Assembly (NCBI GenBank): GCA_964252035.1
Contig: OZ176201.1
Source of the DNA: Podarcis erhardii
Lineage: Eukaryota
Length of the DNA stretch: 64,000 bases
Strand: one strand, 5' to 3'
Of the stretch, positions 12,725 to 24,535 are shown one piece after another. Numbering within the stretch: the first letter of the stretch is position 1; the number at the start of each line of letters is the position of its first letter. Made by a program: the position numbers and the translations under genes. Under the pieces are notes generated by a model that saw only the letters and a list, made by a program, of their open reading frames with translations, was not told the origin of the DNA and searched no databases.

Positions 12725-15167
12725 ATAAGTCCTAGGTATGCACTCAAGTGGAGAGATGTTGTCTGTGGGCCTGAAGATCACTCAAATAGGCAGCAACCAA
12801 ATTATAGTTCAAACTACTTGCCAAATGTGGGAAAGTGGCCCCAAGCCTTCATCCTTCAGAGTAGCTGGCTCCTGCTTGATCTCTCTGTGTCAGGGTATTG
12901 TAAAGATAGCAGGAAGCTGGGTGTTGCCAAAGCGGGAAAACTTGCAACACAGGCAAGACATCCATTGCAGTAGGTGATACACAAAGAGGTATCCCAAAAC
13001 ACAGTGCTTGTGGCAGCACGCCAGCCTGTCATGCACTCAAAGGGCTGGTATAACTCACCTGCTCCACTTGTGTTCTTGCCTTATAAGCATAATCTGCAAT
13101 GAACTAGAAAAACTTGTCTCTGTGTCAAACCACCCAATGTTCTGAGGAGCTGGTCAACATCAACGTAATACCTTGGTAGACCTTCAACCATCAGCACGTT
13201 GAGAGCTCCAAGATCCTCAGCAGTGCTGGTGGGAGAACCAGCCTATACATCTGCTGTGAACTCAGATCCAAGTTTACAAAGAGCAAAGTGGCTTTGTGAA
13301 TCCTTTCTGCGGACAGAGACCAACACCATGCCTCAATCCGCCTCAGAAATGTGGGCAGTGATGTGCCAGATGGTAATCTGTGGATAGGGTTAATGGTTCA
13401 GGTGACCAATTTGTCATGAGCAGGGTTCTATGCAAGGCTTAAGGGGGGTGTTGTGCATACATCATGACAGCCCTCGTCAGCTGGCCTGAAGTGTGGGTTG
13501 TGCCATTTGTTAAAAAGCAGCACTAATACTTTCATAACCACCATAAACACTGGCCAGTAGGTGGAGCCACCATGCATGCCTCAAAGTTCCTTACTCAAGA
13601 GTAAAGCAGCAAGACACTTAAAAGAAAATTATGAAGCAAAATGTGCAGGTATGCTTCTAAGTGATTTACACAAAATGAGCCAGCCTGGTTGCTCCTGCTT
13701 ATCAGTGTTTTTAGCTGATCAGTGAAGTGAGTTGCTTGGACACCAGCTATAGGGATCCCTAGGGGCCTAAAGAGTTACTGTTTTCTGTTCCCTTTTAGCA
13801 CACTTTCCCTGCTTCTGATTTATTTTCTTAGAAATGCCATAGTTCGCCATTCATTTTTACCTACCAAGCAATGTGCATATTTTGTTATGTGGTGTAAGCC
13901 TGAATCCACATGCATGTCCACCCCACCCCACCCCTGTACCCCTACACACATTCCCAATAGGTTTGGGATATTTTGCCAGAATCAATACATGTGACTATTT
14001 ATGAATATATGTTTCAGCTCTTAACCTTATGCCTGATAAGTTCACCCCAGAGGAATAAAGAAATGTTGTTTTATCATATGAAATAAAGGAGGCAGAATAT
14101 ATAGATGGTGCTTTAGGCAGCCAAGTTACATATATGTGATCAGAAAATCACACAGGACATACACACCTCGATCTTAAAGATAAACAGATCCCCAGCTACC
14201 CAAAAGCCATGACAATTTGCCACAGTACACACATTAAAAGAAGAAACGGATGGAAGATATACATGTCCCAAAGCAAGTGGTACCCAAGTCTAGGATTAGA
14301 GATTTGTGACAATCGTGTGAGAGTTAAGCTCTCCCCAGTGACATCCTATACCTGGCTTCCCATGGTAAGTATGAGCTTGTCCAGGGGAAGGGAAAGGAGG
14401 AGCAATGATTGTACTCTAATTTGTGTTACAACACACTGTGTTATGCCTTTCCCCCATGGTAGCCATTTTGTGACTGGAGCCCACAGCACGCTCTCAAAAT
14501 TTAAAATGTGCCCACTGATCCAAAAAGGTTAGTGACCCCTGCTCTAGGGTGTGAAGATCAGTGGCTAAGTTGGCTAGGGCTGGTGGTAATTGGCATCTGC
14601 TAAGTGAAGGTCAGCACAACAGTTTCCCCTGGGGTAGAACATTGATGGCTCGGAGAAGGGCCTTCACAGGTGTGGCCTCCAAGTAAAAGACAGTAGGTAT
14701 GCAGTTCAATTACTTTTAGCAATATTTTTTTCTGAATGCAATCAGTTCCAGCCATAGCAAGATAACTCTTAAAGAGGCCCTATTTTGTTAGAATTTCCTC
14801 TCTGTAGTCAAGTTTGTTGTGCAGTTCATGGCTAGTAAAACTAGACTATGTGTCAGTGACGCAAGAAAGAATTACATATCAAGACCTACTTGGACCACTA
14901 TCTGTGTCTCTGGCATAGACTGGCTTTTAAACCCATTCCCCCACCTTTTCAGGATCTACCACATATATGTTATCTGATTCTCTACTTGAGAAGTAGCAGA
15001 ATGATGCAATTGTGCCACTTTCATGTGTAGCCAGAAATAGCTGCATGTCAGGATCTCACACACAGAACACCGCCTGCCTCTCTTGCCATGCTTTATGTAC
15101 TCTGAGATATGGCCTCTGGCCAAATACAATATGATGGCTACATGGTTAACTGGAGCCCCACAGCATG

Positions 15168-15625
15168 TTGTTTAGTTGTTGTTTAGTCATTTAGTCATTT
15201 AGTTGTGCCCGACTCTTCGTGACCCCATGGACTAGAGCACACCAGGCACTCCTGTCTTCCGCTGCCTCCCGCAGTTTGGTCAAACTCATGTTCGTAGCTT
15301 TGAGAACACTGTCCAACCATCTCGTCCTCTGTCGTCCCCTTCTCCTTGTGCCCTCCATCTTTCCCAACATCAGGGTCTTTTCCAGGGAGTCTTCTCTTCT
15401 CATGAGGTGGCCAAAGTATTGGAGCCTCAGCTTCAGGATCTGTCCTTCCAGTGAGCACTCAGGGCTGATTTCCTTAAGAATGGAGAGGTCTGATCTTCTT
15501 GCAGTCCATGGGACTCTCAAGAGTCTCCTCCAGCACCTTAATTCAAAAGCATCAATTCTTCGGCGATCAGTCTTCTTTATGGCCCAGTTCTCACTTCCAT
15601 ACATCACTACTGGGAAAACCATAGC
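15168..15625 (-). mobile_element. 5'-truncated Bov-B (RTE clade) LINE, 3' end
   Basis: The minus-strand ORF YGSENWAIKK...RRIDAFELRCWRRLLRVPWTARRS...ILKEISPECSLEGQILKLRLQYFGHLMRREDSLEKTLMLGK is the RTE/Bov-B RT C-terminus. It has a (CTAAA/CAA)-type tail, and agcatg on both flanks. Confidence 0.95.
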
Positions 15626-16239
15626 ATGACTTCTACTAGGAACAAAAAGGATATTCAAACCAATAAATTCTACCCTCCTCCAAATCTTCCCCTCTGGCCT
15701 GCTGGCAAAGTAAGATTGCTGGCTTTCAAAGTGCTCAATTTCTTAGGATATACAGCTTCTCATTCTCCCTTGCTGAAGCAGTGAAGTAAAATGATGCATG
15801 GTGGTGTTGCACCAGCTTTGTGCATTGTGATAAATTACAGCAAGTCAGGAATGCAAATCTGGAATGATTATAACAAACTTTGTTTATGTACCTCTTGACC
15901 TTCCCAAAGCTAAGACTCTATTGGAATTTTCTTCTCTTCCCACTTGGTGTGGCTTTTGCTTGCCCACCACTTCCTTAGATCTCCTTGAAGGACACACACA
16001 CACCTCAACAGAGCGATGGAGCACCATTGCACAAACGCAAGTGCTCTGCATCTATTGCTCTTGAGAGCAGGATAGAGTGTGGGGCAGATTTAGTAGCAGC
16101 TACTTGGTTTATCAAACATAAAAGAAAAATTGTAGCAAAGGCTAGCAAAGAGCAAAAGCTACAGAACTTTTCTACTGTGCAAAACTCTGCCTGGGGCTGC
16201 CATCTGTAAGCTGCAGCCAGTACAGAAAGTGGCAGCCTG

Positions 16240-16455
16240 CCCACCTCTCAAAGAAAAATATTTTATAAAGTTTATATTGGAATACGTTGGGAGGTGAATG
16301 GTGAAAATCAATTTCCCCAGTCTCTTTGGATGCTATAAAAGAGAAAGCCCACCTCTCAAAGAAAAATATTTTATAAAGTTTATATTGGAATACGTTGGGA
16401 GGTGAATGGTGAAAATCAATTTCCCCAGTCTCTTTGGATGCTATAAAAGAGAAAG
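16240..16455. repeat. Perfect tandem duplication of a 108-bp unit
   Basis: 16240-16347 and 16348-16455 are identical (cccacctctcaaagaaaaat...ctataaaagagaaag). Confidence 0.95.
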
Positions 16456-19324
16456 AACTGACCTATGAGCTCAATATTTTGTGTTGCAATGAGATAGGGT
16501 GGGTAAAAAGGGTGTGTTGGGAGGGAATAAGGATCCCATTCCATTCAAGCCGATCCTTTTCATCCCATTCTATCTCTTTGCAATTCATGGACTCAGAGGC
16601 CATTCTATAGCAGGCAAACAAGCAGACATTCTTTGTGTTTGCATCTTCTGAATCAGGGGGTTTCTTGGAGGGGATCTAGGAGGCCTGAGCCCCAGATTGC
16701 TTGTCCCTTTCCCCCCCTCCATGTTTTTGTATTATTAACAGTCTGTTAGAAATTTCCCATTACATAAAAATATACCACTCTCAGCCTTACACCTTCAATA
16801 AAGCCCACCTACCCATCTTTGCCCCTTCCCCCAAACATATAAGTTCCCCTGCCCATCGAAACATTAGAGGAATTTTGAAATCTTTACAGCGTAAATAAAC
16901 AGTCAAACAAAAGAGAGAGAAAGCATTAAGACAAGAATGAATCAACAAGCATAATACCAATAATACTTATACAATAAGTACTAATCCTAAGGTCAACATG
17001 TGCATCTGGCACTTACATTGCACATGTTTTTGGTGACACGCCAAAGCACGCCTTTCCATCCAGGCTTTTGGGAATGGTTGAACGTGACTTTTCCCTTCTG
17101 TATCGTAGAGTGACTTTCCCTATGAAAAGCAGCCTGAAATTGTGTCCGCACATGTAAATTAGCACCTGCAAGTGGCATGCAATTTTTTTTGGTCATTGGT
17201 CTGTGCCCTTTGTCTTTTAAAGATCTCGCGGTGCCTCTCTGCTCCAAGCAACAGCCCAGCTCGTGTTCCTCTGTTGTGGGCTGATGCTGGCCCTACCTAG
17301 ATCTGTTTAGCATCATTACAGAGAAGCCACGAGAGGGAAACAGCCAGAGCAGTGAGGTGCTGCCTTCCATCAGCTGAGGCCAGGCAGAGCAGAAGCAGCA
17401 GAAGAATGATGCAGCATATAGGTCACCTGCCAGGTTTTTAAAACTTTATTATGGTTGCATTGACTGTTTTGACTGATCTGATGGTTTGTATACTGCTTTG
17501 TGAGGCGGTTGTCCTGCAAAACAGCATGGGAGTCTTTAAAATGCATAAATAAATTTTAGAAATCGGGCATTTGGAGCAGCCTGTTCTTTCTACCGGGGAG
17601 AGGAAAAGTTGAAAGATAAGGATGTGCTCTGCCCACCCCTTCATACCTTTCTTAAAAGATCTGCTCCAGAGACAACCCAATGGCTTGGTTCAATGATTCC
17701 GAGACCTGTTCCTCATCAAGACTGACAGCTCTGGGCTCGTTGAATTCCAGTCTGATTTATAAAGCCTCTCCTATAGCCTCGATGAGGAACATTGCAACAT
17801 CCTCCCACACTGCCTTGTACTAGAGTCAGATAACAATATATGGGAACACCTGTAGCTTGGTTCAGGGCCTGGGGTGGGGAATGACTACAGACCGAAGAGA
17901 GAAAGACTATGCTCACATCAGCAGCTTGTGAGGTTATTCCACCACCACCACCCCGGCTGCATATCCATGTCACTTTCTTGCTTCTCACACCAGAGCAGGG
18001 GGGTAGATGTCTTCACCAGATGATTCAATGCCCCCACCATGCCAAACTCCAATTCAGTGAGGCTTCTGTTTGCATGTGCGCCATCGTCTGCACATGTGCA
18101 AAAGCTGCCCATGTGCAAAAACTGTTCACACCACAATGGAACTGTGGTTTCCATTTTCAAATCCTATGGAAATTGGGTTGAGATAGACCGCATCAAGGAA
18201 GAGTATTTCTCTAAAAGCTTCAGAATACATACAGATTGTGGCTAACGGCATATGAACCCACCTTTAAAAACTAGTAACGGAGTACACTGGAGCTGCAGTA
18301 AATGGTCATATGAGCACATCCTTAAGTTCCTGGCACAAAGGGGCAGCACCAGAAATAACAGCTTCCCATTACAGCAGCTGACCCTTGCTCACCCCATAAT
18401 TGCGCAGGGAGATGTCTGTCTCCAGGGTGAATTCCTAGTGTATTCCCAGCTCCGCTTCAGTGACAGTCCCAGAGAGAAAAAGAACAACTTTTCCATCCCA
18501 AGTAGAAAGAAAATCTGCGCTATGGGTGCTGGAATGGACTTGGCTCTTTTGACAGACCTCGACCTTTGGCGATTTGTCAGCTGTTCTTGTTCAGAGAGGG
18601 CCATGGTGTTAGGACTAGCCCAAGACATTTGATGGCCTCATTCCAGCAATAGACACTGCAGTGTTTTTGAGCATAGAGTTTTCCTCCAAAGCGGTCAGGG
18701 ATAATCTTGCTAATAGAGCTTTTTACCATCCTCAACTCCTGTGCCTCAACAGTAACTTCATCTGCAGAAATTAGGAGCTGGGGTATTGCTGTGAGTATCT
18801 CTACCTACTTGATTTTGCAAATGAAGCTTCTCTCGTAGGTGCAGGAAGAAGCCAGGCTGTTTGCTTGCTATTTTTTTTTTTTTTTTTGCTGTCCTCCCCA
18901 TGATTCCCGGGAACCCTGAATTAGCTGGAAATCATCTGGATTTTCCAGTTTGTTCTAAGTCAATAGTAAGAACAGATGTGACATTGTTTCCTGAAAAAAG
19001 CGTTATCTCCTTAGCTCAGCATTAGCATTAGGCATCTTATCACAAGTGAGCCACAGGCCTCTGCTCAATTCCAGGTAATGGCAGTGAATGCTGCTGAGGC
19101 TATGATTTAAGAAGTGTCTACGAAGGTAAGCAAAGCAAAACCTAATCTTCAGTGACAATTGTGTCAGATTTTCTTGGTGGAATTTCTGCATGTACAAATA
19201 GCTATTTTCAGTCATCAGTAGTCACCCAAAGTTAAGAGCTGGTTCCCACATTCATTTTAAGATAAGATATTGGTTATTCATGTAGTGTGAGAGATTTTTA
19301 TTTTATGACTAGAAAAGTGATCAC

Positions 19325-19328
<4 letters not shown>

Positions 19329-19357
<29 letters not shown>

Positions 19358-19368
19358 TGTATGTATGT
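19329..19368. repeat. (ATGT)10 tetranucleotide microsatellite
   Basis: Read directly from the sequence. Confidence 0.97.
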
Positions 19369-19886
19369 ATACATTCTGCATTTTGCTGCCTTGTTCAATG
19401 TATTTTCCATATCCTGGTGATGGTACAGGGCACAAAAATTCATTTATTCATGGCATGTGCAGAAGCAATCATACACCCACCAGTTATATTTCCAGCCATT
19501 GTCCTGGGGCCTGATCCATAAAAGGCTGCTAAGGACACCAGTGGCTGGGCTGTTGATTATCATACATCAGGAATTACTGGCAACAGGCCCAAATGTATTT
19601 CCTTTCTGGCTATGAGGTCCAGTAGCATATTGTGTGTGGCAGCCCTTAATATTGGAGAAGCTCTGCAGGATCCAGCCAACATTCCACTGAATCCAGCCAT
19701 GTCACACCAGAAGCATCTGGTATCTTCAAGAGCAGAATCGTTAGAGGCTATAGTGCAATGTGCTGTAAATACCACAGAAGATGGCCAATTTACTAGCTTG
19801 GCATCTATGCTTTCAAACAGCAGCACAATGTGCTGGTGCCTAGTAGGTAGAGTATTCCTCAGCAAGGAGATGAATTGACAGGTAAA

Positions 19887-20140
19887 GAGCCAGTGTGGTG
19901 TAGTGGTTAAGAGCGGTAGACTCGTAATCTGGTGAACCGGGTTCGCGTCTCCGCTCCTCCACATGCAGCTGCTGGGTGACCTTGGGCCAGTCACACTTCT
20001 CTGAAGTCTCTCAGCCCCACTCACCTCACAGAGTGTTTGTTGTGGGGGAGGAAGGGAAAGGAGAATGTTAGCCGCTTTGAGACTCCTTCAGGTAGTGATA
20101 AAGCGGGATATCAAATCCAAACTCTTCTTCTTCTTCTTCT
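19887..20140 (+). mobile_element. tRNA-derived CORE-type SINE (Squam3/MIR-like) with (CTT)n tail
   Basis: Pol III A-box TGGTGTAGTGG, B-box-like GGTTCGCGTCTCC, CORE-like GGGTGACCTTGGGCCAGTCAC, L2-like 3' end and a (CTT)n tail. Confidence 0.88.
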
Positions 20141-20189
20141 AATAGCTTCATCTCTGCATATCAAGTTAAAGGTATAAAGACAGCAACAA

Positions 20190-21130
20190 AAATTATTATT
20201 TATTAAATTTGTATACTGCCCTTCATTGCTGCTCAGTTCTTGAACAGAGCTGTCTTAAAAATCGGTGTTTACCGTATTTATTCATGTTATTTCTTAGTCA
20301 CTTTTCAGGGCCATGCCCTCACAACTCAAAAGAGAGAGGAGACATCTAGAACATCCGAATGTGAAGAAGCAGTGAGTGAATATCAATGAAGAGATGTGCG
20401 AATTAGAGCACCATGCTAAACTCTCTTAAGGAACGGCAACAGTGAAAATGTAAGTTTTAAAGGCTTTCTTGAATGCAAAGACTGCAAGGGCCAAGGAAAT
20501 GCTTATCAGAAGAGAGTTCTGCAGCTATGAAGCCACCAGCAAAAAATCCGTGTTACGTATTGTCTCACCTGGTTCACACAAGCAGGAACTCGGATGAAGA
20601 CCTCAAATTACGGGCACGGTCATATGGGTGAAAGCAGTCCTTTAGGTAGCCAGATTTAGGGCATAAAAGGCCCAAATAAAAAAGACTGCTAGCCCAGGGC
20701 CTGCTGTGCCACAGGCAGTGGGACAGCCAACGCTGAGGCAGTTAAGAGCGGCAATGAGGTACTGAAGGACAGATCTGTGTGTGCCCTACAGCCTGCTCTC
20801 TATTACGCTGGCCTGTTGCTCTTAGGTACAGTGCGGAGATGCTATCCTATCACCATGCTGAAAGAAGATTAGATTGGCAGTCCAGTTAGGGTCTGTACAT
20901 GGAATAGGGCTGGGATGCCATCTTGTCCTTAACATCAGGCAGCAAAATGTCTTGAGCCAGCACCGTGATAGCCAGTGCAATTCATATGGAGTCTCTCAGT
21001 GAGCAGCTGGGGTGTCACATGTTCAGATCTCCCCGCCCCCATTAGCTGCGTTTTGCACTAGCTGAAGTTTCTGAACCATCTTCAAAGGTAGCAGCACATG
21101 AAGCATATTTCAGTAATCCAGTCTCGTAGT
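20190..21130 (-). mobile_element. Fragmented, degenerate L2-like LINE pieces
   Basis: Antisense L2-type 3' tail (attattatttattaaatttgtatactgccctt) and RT-like antisense segments (aaggctttcttgaa..., cagtaatccagtctcgtagt). The pieces are interrupted and strongly diverged. Confidence 0.45.
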
Positions 21131-21869
21131 TCCAGTTGCCACCTTGCCCACCTCTGACAGAGGTTCTGCGCCTTTAACATCTATATAGAAAGCCAACAGA
21201 GGTAGATTGTTCTGACATGCTATGCTAATGAAGGGGAAACCACACCTGCTAATTGTTTTATTGTATTTTATTTTCATAGGAGCTGTTAAAGGCACTGAGG
21301 CCTCAGGCAGAGAAAGAGTTGCCTACTTTTGCAGCCGCAACCAGAGAGATGTCTACATTCATGTGCGTGTCCACCTCTGTACATACCAAACATGCAACTG
21401 TTGTGAGCTATTTAGCAGGCTCCTTATGTGTGTCAGTAACAGAACAGGCCCGTTTTCTCATTGCCCTGTGAACGTCTGGTTCTGTGCTAATTCTCAGGCA
21501 GAGAAGGGAGCTCTCCGGAAGAGGGAGGCACTGTTTCTTCAGAAAGAGCAACGTGATTGAAAACAACCCAAAAAAGGCTTGCGGGGCCAGTACAAAGCAT
21601 ATTTTCCTAGTAAAGGAATCCACTTTGTGTTATTTGCTGGAAGAGCTTAGAACATATGCCCTGCACGGTCCTCCCACCCACGTACAAGCACACGCCACAT
21701 CCACATATATATGAAGTCTCTCAGTGCCTGGTTTTGTTTGTAGAGATGATCATTGCTCCTGCATATTAGCAGACATCAGGTCCTGATATGCCAAATATGG
21801 TTTGGCACAAGCATTCACTCTTTACAGCTGAAACCACGCTGGATGTGCTTCTGTAACTTCAGAATTCAC

Positions 21870-22102
21870 AACAAAATAAAAAAAATCCTTCCAGTAGCAC
21901 CTTAAAGACCAACTGAGTTAGTTCTAGGTATGAGCTTTCGTGTGCATGCACACTTCTTCAGATACCTGCATGCACACGAAATATACCTGCATGCACACGA
22001 AAGCTCATACCTAGAACTAACTCAGTTGGTCTTTAAGGTGCTACTGGAAGGATTTTTTTTATTTTGTTTTGACCATGGCAGACCAACACGGCTACCTATC
22101 TG
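21870..22102. mobile_element. Penelope-like element (PLE) terminal fragment with inverted pseudo-LTR, 12-bp TSD
   Basis: Perfect 81-bp inverted repeat (21870-21950 / 21988-22068) with the ttggtctttaaggtgctactgga PLE-type end. TTCAGAATTCAC is duplicated at 21858-21869 and 22103-22114. Confidence 0.8.
21926..21967 (-). ncRNA. Minimal type I hammerhead ribozyme motif within the PLE fragment
   Basis: Minus strand reads AGGUAU-CUGAAGA-A-GUGUG(CAUG)CACAC-GAAA-GCUC-AUACCU. This gives helix I (AGGUAU/AUACCU), a CUGANGA core, helix II, GAAA, a palindromic AGCU helix III and a UC cleavage site. Confidence 0.7.
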
Positions 22103-22674
22103 TTCAGAATTCACGCTTGCTGCTTCTGTAGTGGTTTGGTTGTCAGGTCAATCATGCACCCTTGTGCGGAGCAGTTCTGACAGTAATTTCTTTTTCTTTT
22201 TGCACTTTTTAAATATCCATTATACACAATTTTTTCCATCCTATCATACCATATACAGACTTATCTGTTGTAGGAAACAGAAAACTTCCCTTTAATCTGT
22301 CGTTGACATCCTATTACACATTCTTTAGTTTGCTACATCTCCACTGATATAAATTATTTGCACCTTCCATTCATGATCCTTTCTTTTGTCTGCAGAAAAA
22401 ATTGTTCTGCCAGCAATTTCAAGCTTTATTCTGGAATTTTGATTTAGGACTTCTATTTTTCCATGCTGAAATACTTGGCTAGATTCCAAAGCATCCTTGT
22501 CAAACATACATATGTATGCATACCTACACCAACTTCAAGGGAGTACCATACCTACAAATTAAGGATGTAAATCCAAACAAAAGTAAGCACATCAAAATCT
22601 GAATGAGCCCAGTAGAAGAGATTTAAGTATGTGATTAAATCAATGGAGCTTAGGTGCTTTAACTTCAGCTAGAT

Positions 22675-22809
22675 CAAGCATAGGCAAACTCGGCCCTCAG
22701 GGGTTTTTGGACTACAACTCCCATCATCCCTAGCTAATAGGAGCAGCGGTCAGGGATGATGGGAGTCGTAGTCCCAAAACATCTGGAGGGCCGAGTTTGC
22801 CTATGCCTG
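22675..22809. mobile_element. Intact palindromic hAT MITE (135 bp), TSD AGCTAGAT
   Basis: TIRs CAAGCATAGGCAAACTCGGCCCTC / GAGGGCCGAGTTTGCCTATGCCTG, with an 8-bp TSD at 22667-22674 and 22810-22817. Confidence 0.93.
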
Positions 22810-23005
22810 AGCTAGATTGTGCCTAAGTGGGGGTTGCCCGAACAATAAATAGAAAACCAAATGAATATAAAGTAGGAATCTGTATTGAATAAATATACAG
22901 AAAAACAGATTATTGTTATCAAATACAGAGGGTGATAGCCAATGTAACTTTTTAAAAGTCTATTAATTCTGAGTATGCCTTAGCTGGAACTCCCCCAGAT
23001 AATCT

Positions 23006-23008
<3 letters not shown>

Positions 23009-23056
<48 letters not shown>
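23009..23056. repeat. (TC)24 microsatellite
   Basis: Read directly from the sequence. Confidence 0.97.
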
Positions 23057-23059
<3 letters not shown>

Positions 23060-23462
23060 CTGTATTCTTCCACAGCTTATCACTCCTCACAAAATTATGG
23101 CTGCAGCCAGCCTAGATCCATTTTATGTACCGCGTACATTTTTTTCAATCAACTCTTTTTCCTGAATTCTATAGCTACAATTTTATTCACACTTATCTAG
23201 GAACAAGCTGTGCTGAACACAGTGGGATTTACTTCTGAATTAACATACCCAGGCAACTGATGTGGCATGCCGGGAGGTTAAGGTGAGGCAGTGGTCTCCA
23301 AATGGTGAATCTGGGACTCTCTTAATGGCAGGAGACAGCAACCCAGATGTTCTCTCAGACTGAAAGAACCACTGAAATCAATGGGAGCTAAAGAAAAAGT
23401 TCTAGCATAGATCCTGTTCATTTCAACAAAGCTTGCACAAGAGAGCTCCCTAGTGGATTATG

Positions 23463-23466
<4 letters not shown>

Positions 23467-23512
<46 letters not shown>
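23467..23512. repeat. (GT)23 microsatellite
   Basis: Read directly from the sequence. Confidence 0.97.
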
Positions 23513-23513
<1 letters not shown>

Positions 23514-23968
23514 GTTTGGATTTCCTGCTTCCTAGCTCTACCCAGAGAGGAAAACATGCTGGCAATCCAACAGGCTGCATTTATATGGATTTACCTGATG
23601 GTGTGAAATTGAATGTGAACAAAGAAGAAAGCAGGGAGGGAGTCAGAGAAGCGTGGTATCCCAGAATCTAATCTGGCACATGGCCACCTTTTGCCTACTT
23701 CTGCTTCCAGGTACAGATTGCTTGCGGGGTGTCTATAAACAAACTATACAAACCAAGTTACTGTCTTTTGTCGGCTGATACTCCTGATTCTGCTCAGTTC
23801 TCAAACCTTTGAACTTGCTCAGCATAACACAGAAGCCCCATTATAGCTGACCTTTTGCTTATTGGCAAACCACCATTTCCTTGCATTGCAAAAGATTCTG
23901 ACTATATGGCTTGTTCTGAGGTATCTCCAGAGGTTGCAAGAGACTCCTTGCCAGAAAGAATCATTCTA

Positions 23969-24092
23969 AGGAGTAGCCTACATGGTGTCCTCCAAATGGT
24001 GTGGACTACAACTCCCTTCATCCTTGACCACTGGCCATGCTGGGTGGGACTGATGGGAGTTGTAGTCCACAACATCTGGAGGGCACCTGTGC
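23969..24092. mobile_element. Degenerate palindromic hAT-type MITE
   Basis: Internal inverted repeat GTGGACTACAACTCCC / GGGAGTTGTAGTCCAC, from the same family as 22675-22809. Confidence 0.7.
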
Positions 24093-24215
24093 ATTAGGAC
24101 GTTGCTCACAAACAAAATGCCTGGACAATATTGGTAATGCTATTATTCAAAGAGCTTAATTTCAATGGCCCAAAATGCTTCCATAATATTTAGAGCTCAT
24201 ATAAGCTTAAGCGCA

Positions 24216-24535
24216 TATGACAGAAGGAGGTAATTTGGACATAGCGGGGGAAACACAAGCTTGTATTAGTTATTAAAAACCTTTGTGGCCATTTTAACTA
24301 CATAGTCTTCATCAGTCACAGGAATAAAAATGCAATAAAATTACATCTTGGGATATATTCATGCATAAACTTTTATGATAGAAGGAGGTAATTTGGAGAG
24401 AACGTGGGAAACAGGAACATTTATTTGACTAATTAGTAATTAAAACCTTTGTGGGTATCTGAACCGCATAGTCTTTACCATAACAGAAGTAAAAATACAA
24501 TAAAATAGAATAAAGTCTTGGAATATAGCCACACT
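24216..24535. repeat. Old, diverged tandem duplication (~158-bp period)
   Basis: tatga(c/t)agaaggaggtaatttgga, attaaaa(a)cctttgtgg, catagtctt and caataaaat recur in the same order, starting at 24216 and 24374. Confidence 0.8.

Noticed and set aside
16240-16455. Direct repeats as a CRISPR-like array
   Set aside because: Two abutting identical units with no spacers, in a vertebrate genome.
18252-18632. 126-aa ORF with ATG
   Set aside because: No domain similarity that I can recognise and no supporting exon structure. The length is within chance expectation.
19887-19960. tRNA gene
   Set aside because: The A/B boxes belong to a SINE head, followed by CORE and tail sequence. No complete cloverleaf. 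The same applies to 36894.
22325-22507. Possible L1 ORF2 C-terminal relic on the minus strand
   Set aside because: Similarity to the recalled L1 motif is too weak to call without an alignment.
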